From NCBI GenBank assembly GCA_019058315.1, contig JAHPZH010000006.1, forward strand, positions 128,001 to 192,000: DNA of 64,000 bases, read 5' to 3'. This document shows, in pieces, positions 9,960 through 19,443 of the stretch. Source of the stretch: Candidatus Helarchaeota archaeon (GTDB lineage: Archaea; Asgardarchaeota; Lokiarchaeia; Helarchaeales; RDOG01). The notes under the pieces were generated by a model, which saw nothing but the letters and a program-made list of their open reading frames with translations, searched no databases and was not told the origin of the DNA. Both the position numbers and the translations under genes were made by a program. Each line of letters begins with the position of its first letter. Positions within the stretch are counted from its first letter, which is position 1.

Positions 9960-10160
9960 AATCCATAGATGGGCTCTTCTTGATGATAATGGTGAGTGCC
10001 TAGAGATGAAAGGAAGTCAGCTTACCCAGGTGGAATACAAGTAGTTTCCTTTAAGCTGGTGGTAATCCCTACATGAGAGAACTTGCCAGAGGATTGGACT
10101 AATGTCTAACAGTGAAGGTAGGAGTTAGTGTTTAGGGGTACAGCCAGCTCCCCTTTTTTT
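9960..10160 (+). ncRNA. Candidate structured non-coding RNA / orphan IS110-type non-coding end
   Basis: About 45% GC by hand count (9941-10153) in an AT-rich intergenic context, no good ORF, several complementary segment pairs, ends in a T7 tract. Identity is inferred. Confidence 0.45.
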
Positions 10161-11016
10161 AATTGACAAGGATATCAAGACAAACATGATTTACATGGGG
10201 ACGATAAGATTTTATAAATTCTATATGGTCTAATTTAGCCTTTTTATTCATTTCTTTGTTAATAGAAGAAACATCTTCTAATAAAATTTCGGGAGGATCT
10301 GAATCTCTTAAAAGTCCTTCATAATGAATTATGCATTTTTCTGGATTTAATACCTGAAATGCAGTGGGTAATGCATCTTTAGGGGATGGCAATAATCCCA
10401 TAATTATTCTATCTGCTTTTTCTTTGATTTTCAAAGCCTCAGTCTTACAATCTCCTAAAATTGGAATAATTTTATCCGAAACTTTATTAATTTGAATATT
10501 TTCAACTAAGTAATTATAAGCAATTGGATTCATTTCAAAAGCAAATATCTTTTTTGGATTAGCTAATCTTGCAATATTAAGGCAAAAATAACCTATTCCA
10601 GCAAAAAAATCAAAAATAATTTCATTTTCTTTAACTAATTTGGGATATCTTTTTCGCTCATTTATGTTTCCTTTAGCAAACATTATTTTACTTACATCCA
10701 GTTTATACAAGGTCCCATGTTCTTTATGAATTGTTTCAGTTGACTTTCCGACGACTAATTCAATTTGTGGAGTTCGAAATTGACTATAAATTGCACCTTT
10801 ATTGAGACAAATAGCATCGCAATTCGAAACAATATTTTGAACAGCTTCAGCAATAACTTTCTTATTTTTCCATAATTGGTTCTTAAGGTTTAATATAACA
10901 ATTGTACCAATTTGTTGGAAACCCGAAGGAAGGAATTTCATCTCATTTTCATTTAAAATTCCTTTTAACGCTTCTCGCAACTTTTTTTTAAAAGAACTCT
11001 TCACTTCAATAACCAA
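10159..11016 (-). CDS. taw2: Trm5/Taw2-family tRNA-modifying SAM-dependent transferase (wyosine pathway)
   Basis: IHKEHG..YKLDVSKIMFAKGNINER, DFFAGIGYF, ADRIIMG, IIHY. Confidence 0.8.
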   Translation of the reverse strand: MVIEVKSSFKKKLREALKGILNENEMKFLPSGFQQIGTIVILNLKNQLWKNKKVIAEAVQNIVSNCDAICLNKGAIYSQFRTPQIELVVGKSTETIHKEHGTLYKLDVSKIMFAKGNINERKRYPKLVKENEIIFDFFAGIGYFCLNIARLANPKKIFAFEMNPIAYNYLVENIQINKVSDKIIPILGDCKTEALKIKEKADRIIMGLLPSPKDALPTAFQVLNPEKCIIHYEGLLRDSDPPEILLEDVSSINKEMNKKAKLDHIEFIKSYRPHVNHVCLDILVN

Positions 11017-11070
11017 TTTCCATCTAATGAAGGAAAATAGATGAATCTAAATTATAAATTATTTTTCTCG

Positions 11071-11715
11071 TTAATTTATTTTAGAAATAAGTCTGTTAAT
11101 TTCTTCTAATGCTTCATCTAATTTATTTTTAGAGATAAATTTTTTGAGATTTTTGTTTTGTTCTAAACTTTTAAGAAAGTCTTCTCTTTCTTTTTGGTTT
11201 TTTAATAGAGCAAAAATCCTATTTCGTGCATAATTTTGGACCTTTAACCATAATATGTCTTCATCAGATATTAAATCATGTATTTTATCTTTTATTTGTC
11301 TTGCTAACCTAGGACTTTGTCCTTTGGTAGAAACCGCAATTAAAATATCATCTTTTTCGAAATGAGCAGGAATAATAATATCCGATAGTTGATATCTTTG
11401 TGCAATATTTACTAGGATCCCTCTAGATTTAGCTATATCTGCTATTTTTTTATTCAATTCTAAATCATTAGTAGCGATGGAGATTAAATATGTGTTTTTA
11501 AGCCATTTTTCGATATTTTTTTCATTAACTTTCTCATTAATCAACTCAATTTTGTCTTGTTTATGTAAATCTTTAATAATTTGAGTAAATGATTCACTTA
11601 TTATAGTAACTTTACCCCCTCCATCAATAAATTTTTTAATACGACGTTCACCTACCTTTCCTCCCCCAATAACTAAGATCTTTTTATTTTTTATATTCAA
11701 AATAACAGGTAACAG
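11071..11715 (-). CDS. sirC: Precorrin-2 dehydrogenase (CysG-B/SirC type)
   Basis: ILVIGGGKVGERR, IAVSTKGQSPRLA; probable CTG start at 11715 giving MLPVILNIKNKK (track start TTG 11700). Confidence 0.88.
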   Translation of the reverse strand: MLPVILNIKNKKILVIGGGKVGERRIKKFIDGGGKVTIISESFTQIIKDLHKQDKIELINEKVNEKNIEKWLKNTYLISIATNDLELNKKIADIAKSRGILVNIAQRYQLSDIIIPAHFEKDDILIAVSTKGQSPRLARQIKDKIHDLISDEDILWLKVQNYARNRIFALLKNQKEREDFLKSLEQNKNLKKFISKNKLDEALEEINRLISKIN

Positions 11716-11725
11716 TTAAATCACT

Positions 11726-12124
11726 TCATAAATCAATTACAGCTTGAATACGGTCCTTTACAATTTCTACTATCCTCGAATCTATTCCTAAAGTCTCTGC
11801 ATAAATTAATTTAATTGTTCTCCCCGCGAAATTTATGTTTTTTATATTTTCGGATTCTAAACCCAGCATTTTCGGAATATCTTCTTTAGTATGAACACCA
11901 TGTGATAAAAATACGGGAATTATAATTATTTTTTCAATATCCTTACTTAAATTGGAATAAATTTTTTTATTAAGTGCTTCTTTTCCATCAGTCATAAAAG
12001 CAAAATCTATTTGATAAGTTAAGTAGTCTGAAGCAACCAAATCCCTCAATTTTTTAAAATTTTCTTCTGCATAAGGTAATGAACTGCCATGTCCAAGAAG
12101 TATTACTTTAACATTTTTTTTCAT
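11726..12124 (-). CDS. cbiX: Short class II sirohydrochlorin chelatase (CbiXS/CfbA family)
   Basis: LLGHGSSLPY and PVFLSHGVHTKEDIP motifs; single domain, 132 aa. Confidence 0.88.
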   Translation of the reverse strand: MKKNVKVILLGHGSSLPYAEENFKKLRDLVASDYLTYQIDFAFMTDGKEALNKKIYSNLSKDIEKIIIIPVFLSHGVHTKEDIPKMLGLESENIKNINFAGRTIKLIYAETLGIDSRIVEIVKDRIQAVIDL

Positions 12125-12181
12125 AAAAAAAGTTGTAAAACTGGCATTTATTAATTTTATATTTAGGAGTTATGAGAAAAA

Positions 12182-13315
12182 TTGGAATTTATATACAAGT
12201 ATTGCAACCCTAATATCCGGGATTTAGAACGTCCGTTGCATGGTGGAAATATATTTGAAAAATATTCCAAAAATTTGAATGAATGGAAAGATTTAATTGA
12301 TTTTAGTACTAATATTAATCCTTTAGGTCCTTCTAAAGAAGCCCTCAATGCAATTCAAAACAATTTATGGCAAATTTCATATTATCCAGAAACTACTTCA
12401 CGATTATTACGTGAAGAAATTTCAAACTTCTTTAATAAGCAAATTTCTCCAGAATCAGTTATTGTTTGTTCTGGTCTTACTGAATTAATCAATTTAACAG
12501 CAGAAGTTCTTATACAACCGAATAATGAGGTTTTAATACCAGTTCCGACTTATGGAGAATATAGTTGGGCTGTCAAAAAATATGGAGGTAACCCAAGGTT
12601 TCATTTTCTAAAAGCAGAAGAAAATTTTCATATGGATAAGTTAATTGATTCTATTCATCCAAATATTAGAGCTATTTATTTATGTAACCCCAACAATCCA
12701 ACTGCGTATCTTGAAAATCCTAAATTATTAAGTGAAATTATTGAATTTGCATATAAAAATAGGACTTTTGTTTTTGTAGATGAGGCATTTATCGATTTTT
12801 GCGATTCTAATTCATCTCTTGTTAATAAGATAAATAATCATCCAAATTTGATTGTTTTTAGGAGTTTTACAAAATTTTTTGCTTTGACAGGACTTAGAAT
12901 TGGTTATGGATTAGCTAATAAAGAAATTATTAAATTATTGATGAAAGGAAAATTATCGTGGAACGTAAACTGCTTAGCTCAGATTGGGGCTATAAATTCT
13001 TTAAAAGATCAAAATTATATCCAAAATACATTAAAAATAATTAATAAGGAACGAGAATTTTTATTGAATTCTTTAAAAAATATTAAAAATATTAAGGTAT
13101 TTCCATCAGCCACCAGCTATATTTTATTTCAATTAAATTCAGAAATAGATTCTGGGATTTTTGAAGAAAAATTAATGCAAAAAAGAATTATGATAAGAAA
13201 TTGTAGTAGTTTTGAAGGTCTAGATAATTCATTTTTTAGGATTGGTATTAAAATGCGAACAGATAATACAAAATTAATTAAAAATATCAGAACCATTTTA
13301 GATGAGGAATATTAA
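12182..13315 (+). CDS. cobD: L-threonine-O-3-phosphate decarboxylase
   Basis: HGGN, DFSTNINPLG, CNPNNPT, DEAFIDF, RSFTKFFALTGLRIGY (PLP Lys); cob context. Confidence 0.9.
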   Translation: MEFIYKYCNPNIRDLERPLHGGNIFEKYSKNLNEWKDLIDFSTNINPLGPSKEALNAIQNNLWQISYYPETTSRLLREEISNFFNKQISPESVIVCSGLTELINLTAEVLIQPNNEVLIPVPTYGEYSWAVKKYGGNPRFHFLKAEENFHMDKLIDSIHPNIRAIYLCNPNNPTAYLENPKLLSEIIEFAYKNRTFVFVDEAFIDFCDSNSSLVNKINNHPNLIVFRSFTKFFALTGLRIGYGLANKEIIKLLMKGKLSWNVNCLAQIGAINSLKDQNYIQNTLKIINKEREFLLNSLKNIKNIKVFPSATSYILFQLNSEIDSGIFEEKLMQKRIMIRNCSSFEGLDNSFFRIGIKMRTDNTKLIKNIRTILDEEY

Positions 13316-13369
13316 ACAAAAAATAAATAATTAAATTTATCAAATAATAAGAATTTTTAAGGGATTATA

Positions 13370-14443
13370 TTGGATTTTTTCAAATTTCTGTTTGATTTCT
13401 TTATTTTTCATTTAATAGTTCTATTAAGTGCTCTTATTTTTGATTTAATACTGGGAGATCCTCCTAGTCGATTGCATCCAGTTATATGGATTGGGAAACT
13501 TATTAATTCTCTAAAATCAAAATTAAAAAGTAATTCACCCAATACTCCTAAAAGGGATAAATTAAAAGGGTTTTTAATAACTTTTCTTTCTCTCATTATT
13601 TTTTTGGCTCCTCTTGGAATCGGATTTTGGCTGATAAAGAAATTTCTTATTGAATATTTAGAAATTTATGGGATATTGGTTTATATTTTAGTTATTGCAG
13701 TATTTTTTAAATCTTCATTTGCTATACGTTGTTTGAGAGATTCTACAATTCCAATTGCAAGAGAAATTGAAAATGGGGACTTATTAAAAGCAAAAAGTTA
13801 TCTAAATATGATAGTAAGGCGTGATCCTAAAGAATTAACTGAAGAACTAGTGATTTCTGCAACAGTCGAGTCTATTGCAGAAAGTTCAGTGGATGGTATA
13901 ACTTCTCCGATATTCTTCTTTTTCCTTTTTAATTTAATCGGTTGTTTTTTTGGGATTGAATGGACATTCTTAGGGGTTCTAGGAGCAATTGGATTCCGAA
14001 TTATTAATACATTAGATAGTATGGTTGGTTACAAAACTCCAGAATACATAAATATTGGTTGGTTTTCTGCAAGATCAGATGATGTTCTCAATTTTTTACC
14101 CGAACGATTAACAACAATCTTAATGATTTCTGCCACATCCATATCCCGTCAAAATTCAAGTGATGCCTTTAGAATTCTACGTAGGGATAGAAATAAAATA
14201 GAATCTGTAAATGCAGGGTGGTCAATGTCATGTATGGCTGGAGCTCTTGAAGTTCAACTTGAAAAACCCGGATACTATCAATTAGGAGATCCTATAAAAG
14301 GTTTAAAAGCTAATCATATCAAAATAAGTCTAAAAATAATTTTTATAACTGTAATCCTATTCCTAATTTCCATGATATTTATTATTTTTGTAATTCAATA
14401 TTTCTGGTTTGACATTATGTTAAAGGATGTAATTATTTGGTAG
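13370..14443 (+). CDS. cbiB: Adenosylcobinamide-phosphate synthase
   Basis: GDPP..HPV.WIG, ATVESIAES, INTLDSMVGY, NAGW, LEKPGYY; membrane protein. Confidence 0.93.
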   Translation: MDFFKFLFDFFIFHLIVLLSALIFDLILGDPPSRLHPVIWIGKLINSLKSKLKSNSPNTPKRDKLKGFLITFLSLIIFLAPLGIGFWLIKKFLIEYLEIYGILVYILVIAVFFKSSFAIRCLRDSTIPIAREIENGDLLKAKSYLNMIVRRDPKELTEELVISATVESIAESSVDGITSPIFFFFLFNLIGCFFGIEWTFLGVLGAIGFRIINTLDSMVGYKTPEYINIGWFSARSDDVLNFLPERLTTILMISATSISRQNSSDAFRILRRDRNKIESVNAGWSMSCMAGALEVQLEKPGYYQLGDPIKGLKANHIKISLKIIFITVILFLISMIFIIFVIQYFWFDIMLKDVIIW

Positions 14444-15567
14444 TTAAAAAGTTGGAATCATGTATCAAGGGAATTGAAATTTCTCTTTCCGAAGAAGATA
14501 TTATCGTAAGATCCTCTGATCCACTAAATATATTAAGTTCTGCAGTTTTAAATGGCGGTCTCGCAAAATCAAAATATATAATCAATCATTATGTTCCAAA
14601 GGATTATGATCACCAGATGCCAGAAGAATTATTATTACAAACAGCCAAAAAAAATGGACTAGATGAGACATGCATTGGTTTAATGACTGCTGTTAAAATG
14701 GAAAATGTTATTGTAGAAAATTTTGATTCAGAGGATTTTAAAATATGCGTTATTGTTACTGCGGGTACCACTAATAGTATTCAGGCAGGACAATATATTA
14801 CAGATGAAAAGAATAAACATGGGACAATTAATATTATACTAATTACAAACGTTCATTTAAATTTACCAGCTATAGTCAACATTTCTCAAGTTATTACGGA
14901 AGCAAAAACATTGGCATTATTAAATCTTGATATAAGAAGTCAATACGGAGGATATGCAACAGGTACAACTACAGATTCGATCATAATTGCATGCCAAGAA
15001 AGGGGTCCTAAAATAAAATATGCAGGCACCGCAACCATGATTGGCTCGAAAATTAGCAATTTAATTGAGATAGCTGTTAAAAAAGCTATAATTAAAAGAG
15101 AAAGTAAAAAACCAGATAGAGATATAATATTTCGGTTAGAAGAAAGAGGAATTGAAATTTCTGATCTAATTGAAACAGCTATGGAATTATATATCCCCCA
15201 TCCTGGAGTAGAAACTAAAGAAAAAGCACGAATAGCACTGGAAAAAAGCCTAAATAAATTCTTAAAAGACCCAAATGTGGCAATTCTATTAATGGCAGCA
15301 TATAGAATGCAAGAAGACGGCGAACGAGGATTAATTCCTATGATATCCAAAGAAAATTTTGCAAAAGATCCGGTTTATATTGTTGCAGATGAAATATTAG
15401 GAATGGCAATTTCAAATTATATTGCTGGAACAAGGGGTATTTTTGAGTTTTATAGATTCGATTCTCAAAAACCAGGAATTTTGAAAAAAAAAGGGGTTTT
15501 TATTGATGATATAATAGGTGGTTTGCTTGCTGGTGTTTCTTCTTTAATGTATTCTGATGGAGTTTAA
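14437..15567 (+). CDS. cbiS: Bifunctional adenosylcobinamide amidohydrolase (CbiZ) / alpha-ribazole phosphatase (CobZ) fusion
   Basis: N-terminal SSAVLNGG, GLMTA, GTINI, TEAK, ATGTTTD; C-terminal D.NV, ADEILG..I..YIAG, KPGIL, DD.IGGL.AG. Confidence 0.85.
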   Translation: MVVKKLESCIKGIEISLSEEDIIVRSSDPLNILSSAVLNGGLAKSKYIINHYVPKDYDHQMPEELLLQTAKKNGLDETCIGLMTAVKMENVIVENFDSEDFKICVIVTAGTTNSIQAGQYITDEKNKHGTINIILITNVHLNLPAIVNISQVITEAKTLALLNLDIRSQYGGYATGTTTDSIIIACQERGPKIKYAGTATMIGSKISNLIEIAVKKAIIKRESKKPDRDIIFRLEERGIEISDLIETAMELYIPHPGVETKEKARIALEKSLNKFLKDPNVAILLMAAYRMQEDGERGLIPMISKENFAKDPVYIVADEILGMAISNYIAGTRGIFEFYRFDSQKPGILKKKGVFIDDIIGGLLAGVSSLMYSDGV

Positions 15568-15569
15568 AT

Positions 15570-16394
15570 ATGAAGATATTCAAAGGCTTTCGTAATACTC
15601 TTGCTTTTTTATCCAAGATTCCAGTGGGAATGGATATTGAAAGTATGGATGATATAGCAAAACACATGTGGTTATTCCCTATTGTAGGAATCTTGATTGG
15701 TATAATTCCTGGGATTATTGGATTTATTTTACAATTTTTTTTACCAAAATTATTAATTGGTCCTTTAATCTTGGGCCTAATTCTCCTGTTGACTGGTTTA
15801 CATCATACTGATGGTTTATTAGATTTTGGAGATGGGATTATGGCACATGGTACACCTGAGAAAAAATTAGAAATTATGCATGATGTGAATACCGGAACTG
15901 GTGGGATAGTATTAGGATTAGTTATATTATTGATAACAGCAGTTTCTTATTCATATTTAGATATATTTATAATATTTGGTGTAATTATTGCAGAAATATC
16001 TGCAAAATTAGCTATGTTAGAAGTAGCATCATTTTCTAAAACTACTGCAGAAGGTTCTAAAATGGCAGAACCTTTTGTTAAATTGACAAAACCCTATCAT
16101 TTCTTTTTATCCTTGATTATAACTATAATTTTACTTTTCTTATTGAACTACGGTATTAGATTAATGATTTATTTTCTTTGGGGGATTTGGTACTTTTCAT
16201 ATTTTGAGTTTTTAATTCAGTCATTTATAATATTAGTTGGTAGTTGTATTCCTTCATTATTTATATATGGAATTGCAAAAAGGAATTTTAAAGGGATGAG
16301 TGGAGACACTTTTGGAGCAATAAATGAAATCTGTAGGATGTCTACATTAATTCTATTAGTTATTTTGATACAAGTACGCATTTTGGTGTATTAA
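15570..16394 (+). CDS. cobS: Adenosylcobinamide-GDP ribazoletransferase (cobalamin synthase)
   Basis: TGLHHTDGLLDFGDG, IMHD..TG.GG, GMSGDTFGA..E. Confidence 0.93.
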   Translation: MKIFKGFRNTLAFLSKIPVGMDIESMDDIAKHMWLFPIVGILIGIIPGIIGFILQFFLPKLLIGPLILGLILLLTGLHHTDGLLDFGDGIMAHGTPEKKLEIMHDVNTGTGGIVLGLVILLITAVSYSYLDIFIIFGVIIAEISAKLAMLEVASFSKTTAEGSKMAEPFVKLTKPYHFFLSLIITIILLFLLNYGIRLMIYFLWGIWYFSYFEFLIQSFIILVGSCIPSLFIYGIAKRNFKGMSGDTFGAINEICRMSTLILLVILIQVRILVY

Positions 16395-17009
16395 ATGAAA
16401 GTAACTTGTATTATAATGGCCGGAGGAAAGAGTACAAGAATGGAATCTCACAATGAGAAAAACATTATTCCAATTTTAGGAAAACCAATGATTGAATATG
16501 TCATTGAGGCAGCCAATGAATCAAATGTGAAAAAGATCATTATTGCAACTAGCCCTAATGCTCCAAAAACTTCAAATTTAATAAAAAAATTCGATCTAGA
16601 AATATTTGAAACAACTGGCAAAGGATATCACGAGGATTTGAGACAAATTCTTGAGAACTTTGACCTTGGAATAGTATTAATCATTTCAGGAGATTTTCCT
16701 TTAATCTCAAGTAGTGATATCAATCGAATATTAACATTTCATGAAGAATCAAAGAAACCATCCCTATCTGTAATGGCTAGAGTTGAAGATTTCGAAAAAT
16801 TTAATTTAAAACCAACTTACATAATGAATTATCAAGAACAAAATTTAGTTCCTGTTGGAATTAATGTCATTGATGGAAGAAAAAATACTAAAGAATGGCA
16901 AGAAGAAGCCATTATGATAGTAAACGAGCCTCAATTTTTGATAAATGTGAATACAAAAAAGGATTTAGAGATTGTTGAAAAATATTTAATTGAATCTAAA
17001 AAAAAATAG
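16395..17009 (+). CDS. cobY: Adenosylcobinamide-phosphate guanylyltransferase
   Basis: IMAGGKSTRM, GKPMI, T.GKGY..DL, GINV, NVNT..DL. Confidence 0.88.
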   Translation: MKVTCIIMAGGKSTRMESHNEKNIIPILGKPMIEYVIEAANESNVKKIIIATSPNAPKTSNLIKKFDLEIFETTGKGYHEDLRQILENFDLGIVLIISGDFPLISSSDINRILTFHEESKKPSLSVMARVEDFEKFNLKPTYIMNYQEQNLVPVGINVIDGRKNTKEWQEEAIMIVNEPQFLINVNTKKDLEIVEKYLIESKKK

Positions 17010-17022
17010 GAGATGATATTGA

Positions 17023-17331
17023 ATGCCTATTACAATTACTGGCGTAGAGACTAAGAGAAAACCAGCTACTGGAGTTTCAGTTGTTTGGGACGAAGGTCAG
17101 TTTGTTTTCATAGTAGCCCCAAAGGGATTAGTGGCTTGTGGTGCTATTGATGTCGAGGTTTTAGATAAATTTAATTTTGCAGTTACTGTTTCAGAAGGAA
17201 CTGTAGAACAACCCCTAGTTACCCCTGATGACCTTTTAAAAGCAAATGTGATGAAATTAACAAAAAAGGCAGAGGAATTAGGAATTAAAATTGGTATGTC
17301 AGGGAAAGAAGCGCTTGATAAATTAGTTTAA
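17023..17331 (+). CDS. YunC/DUF1805 family protein
   Basis: KGLVACGAID and A.ELGI..GM.G.EAL motifs. Confidence 0.85.
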   Translation: MPITITGVETKRKPATGVSVVWDEGQFVFIVAPKGLVACGAIDVEVLDKFNFAVTVSEGTVEQPLVTPDDLLKANVMKLTKKAEELGIKIGMSGKEALDKLV

Positions 17332-17342
17332 ATTAAAATGAG

Positions 17343-18548
17343 TTGATGAAAATTTCAAAATTAAAAATTGGCATAGTAGGATTGGGAAGGATTTTTTCCT
17401 TAAATGTCTTAGGATACGTCAATAATCCTGATTGTGAATTATATGCTTTTTGTGATCGGGATAAAAACGCTTTAAAACAAGCGTCAGAGGAATTTGGAGC
17501 TAAAAAAACTTATACGGATTTCAATGAATTTATTAAGGATGATAATATCGATTTGGTTGATATATTAACTCCGCATAGTCAACATGAGTGGATGTCTGTT
17601 GCAGCGGCAGAAGCTGGTAAGCACATTTCCTTGCAAAAGGTTCCTACTTTGACTTTGAGTTCATTTGATAGAATCGTTAATGCAGTGAATAAAGCAGGAG
17701 TAAAATTTCGAGTTTTCGAAAATTTTCGTTTTCATCCTCCATATCAACGACTTATGAAACTCGTAAAAGATAAAACGATTGGAAAACCCTATGCCGTTAA
17801 TATGAGAATGTGGTCTGGTGTCAAACAATTATCATCTTGGAAGGTCTCAATATTGAAAACTTGGCGATGGCGATATACTGAACGAGAAAATTATTTAATG
17901 CCAACACTTTTCGATGATGGATATCATAAACACTCTGTTATTCAATGGTTTCTTAAGGATATCAAGAGTGTGCAAGCTTGGAAAGGAAATTTTAAAATTT
18001 ATGGAATTCTACCAGTGGATAGTCCATCCGTGGTCATTTATAAGGGGAAAAAAGGAGAAAGATTTGGAACTTGGAATGTTAGCATGTCTCCATTCATCCC
18101 AGTTCAATCTGATTATTATGGATGTGATGAAGCATTAGAGGTCCATGGGAAAAATGGTCTTGCATGGGTGCAAGGTTGCACGGGTAATATGTTCGTTGGG
18201 TGTGATGAAGGTGGACCCGGAAAACCTGGGGTATATTGGATTAATAAAAAGGGAGAATGGAATTCAGATACATCTATGGAATCCAATTGGAAGCACAGTT
18301 TTATTCTTTGTTCGAAGCATTTCATAGATGCCATAAAAAATGACACTGAAGTCATTTTAGATGCGAAAACTGCAAGATATATCCTTCAGATTTCTCTGGC
18401 AATGATTAAATCGTTACGATCTGGCTTTATTGATGTTCCAGTTGCCTCAATCAAAGATGGAATTGGGGATGATCTAATTCAAGAAGAATTTGACGATTCT
18501 GCCATCTTTGATAATATTCCTGAAGGTGTAGACATCGACGATTTATAA
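17343..18548 (+). CDS. Gfo/Idh/MocA-family NAD(P)-dependent oxidoreductase
   Basis: IGIVGLGRI, D.V.ILTPHSQH, GKHISLQK, ENFRF, DDGYH. Confidence 0.85.
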   Translation: MMKISKLKIGIVGLGRIFSLNVLGYVNNPDCELYAFCDRDKNALKQASEEFGAKKTYTDFNEFIKDDNIDLVDILTPHSQHEWMSVAAAEAGKHISLQKVPTLTLSSFDRIVNAVNKAGVKFRVFENFRFHPPYQRLMKLVKDKTIGKPYAVNMRMWSGVKQLSSWKVSILKTWRWRYTERENYLMPTLFDDGYHKHSVIQWFLKDIKSVQAWKGNFKIYGILPVDSPSVVIYKGKKGERFGTWNVSMSPFIPVQSDYYGCDEALEVHGKNGLAWVQGCTGNMFVGCDEGGPGKPGVYWINKKGEWNSDTSMESNWKHSFILCSKHFIDAIKNDTEVILDAKTARYILQISLAMIKSLRSGFIDVPVASIKDGIGDDLIQEEFDDSAIFDNIPEGVDIDDL

Positions 18549-18590
18549 TATATTAGCACCAATTAAAAAATTAAAAAATAAAAAGAGAGT

Positions 18591-19085
18591 TTAACCTAAA
18601 ATATATCCAATATTTTTAACAAGATCTCTTCTTTGTTTTCTTTGTTCGTCGTTTTCTATTGAATTTACGGCTTGACCATCAACCACTCCAAGTATAGATT
18701 TTCCTAAATTTGTCTTTCCTACAATTATTTGAGTTGGGTTAGCAGTAGCAACATAAATATTGCAGACTCCGGGTACATTCTTTATTGCAGTTAATACATT
18801 AATAGGATAGGCATTTTGCATAATGATAACAAATATATGACTGGCACCTATGTTTAAAGCATTTTTTGCCGCTAGCTTGCCAATATTTTCATCAGTTCCA
18901 TTATAACGAACTAATTTTGGATCTGCCTCATTCATGGCTACTCCACATTTAATTCCAGGAGTTGTTGTTAGTAAAGTTCGAAATATATTATCAACGGTAT
19001 AAATCGAAAAGTTAGCTTGGCCCACAATACACTGCATTTCTTTACCTTTTTCAATATCAACAATAATAGTTTCCATTTTAATCAC
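18591..19085 (-). CDS. Adenosine-specific kinase/DUF355 family protein
   Basis: IVGQANF, GVAMNEA, IGASHIF, AYPINVL, ATANP, ILGVVDG. Confidence 0.85.
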   Translation of the reverse strand: MIKMETIIVDIEKGKEMQCIVGQANFSIYTVDNIFRTLLTTTPGIKCGVAMNEADPKLVRYNGTDENIGKLAAKNALNIGASHIFVIIMQNAYPINVLTAIKNVPGVCNIYVATANPTQIIVGKTNLGKSILGVVDGQAVNSIENDEQRKQRRDLVKNIGYILG

Positions 19086-19443
19086 AATTTTTATTAATTT
19101 AATATACTCCTATTTAAAATTTCTAAAAAAATTACATAAATCGAAAATTTGAGTTTTATTAGAAATGAACTGTGAAAATAAAGTAATATAATATGAAAGT
19201 AAAATTTTCTTATTATCTTTTATTTTTTAAAATTACTGGGACAAAAACTAAAATTACCAGACAATTAGTGTTTTCATTTGTCTTTAGATTTTTAAAAGGA
19301 TTGCAAATTTTCCTTAATTCATTTTTATCCAGTTCGTCTAATATTTTGTCATCCCAAATCATATTTATTACATTGCTGTATGAAACAGAAAAAACTAAGT
19401 AATATATACATATAGTTCTATATGATTTACAGAACTACTTGAA

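Noticed and set aside
9770-10044. Short plus-strand reading frames (e.g. ..IWCKKRSTSGQKLLLIHRW..) as a small or selenoprotein gene
   Set aside because: No start with SD, fragments lie in different frames, and no recognisable family or SECIS
9960-10160. RNase P RNA, SRP RNA, cobalamin riboswitch, HDV-like ribozyme or group II intron
   Set aside because: No GAGGAAAGUCC-type P4 pair at proper spacing, no SRP helix-8 motif, no B12 box, no P4 between the P1' and P2' equivalents, and no domain V
19193-19402. 69-aa plus-strand ORF and an overlapping 49-aa minus-strand ORF (19213-19362)
   Set aside because: Short, no motif, AT-rich; neither can be supported as a gene
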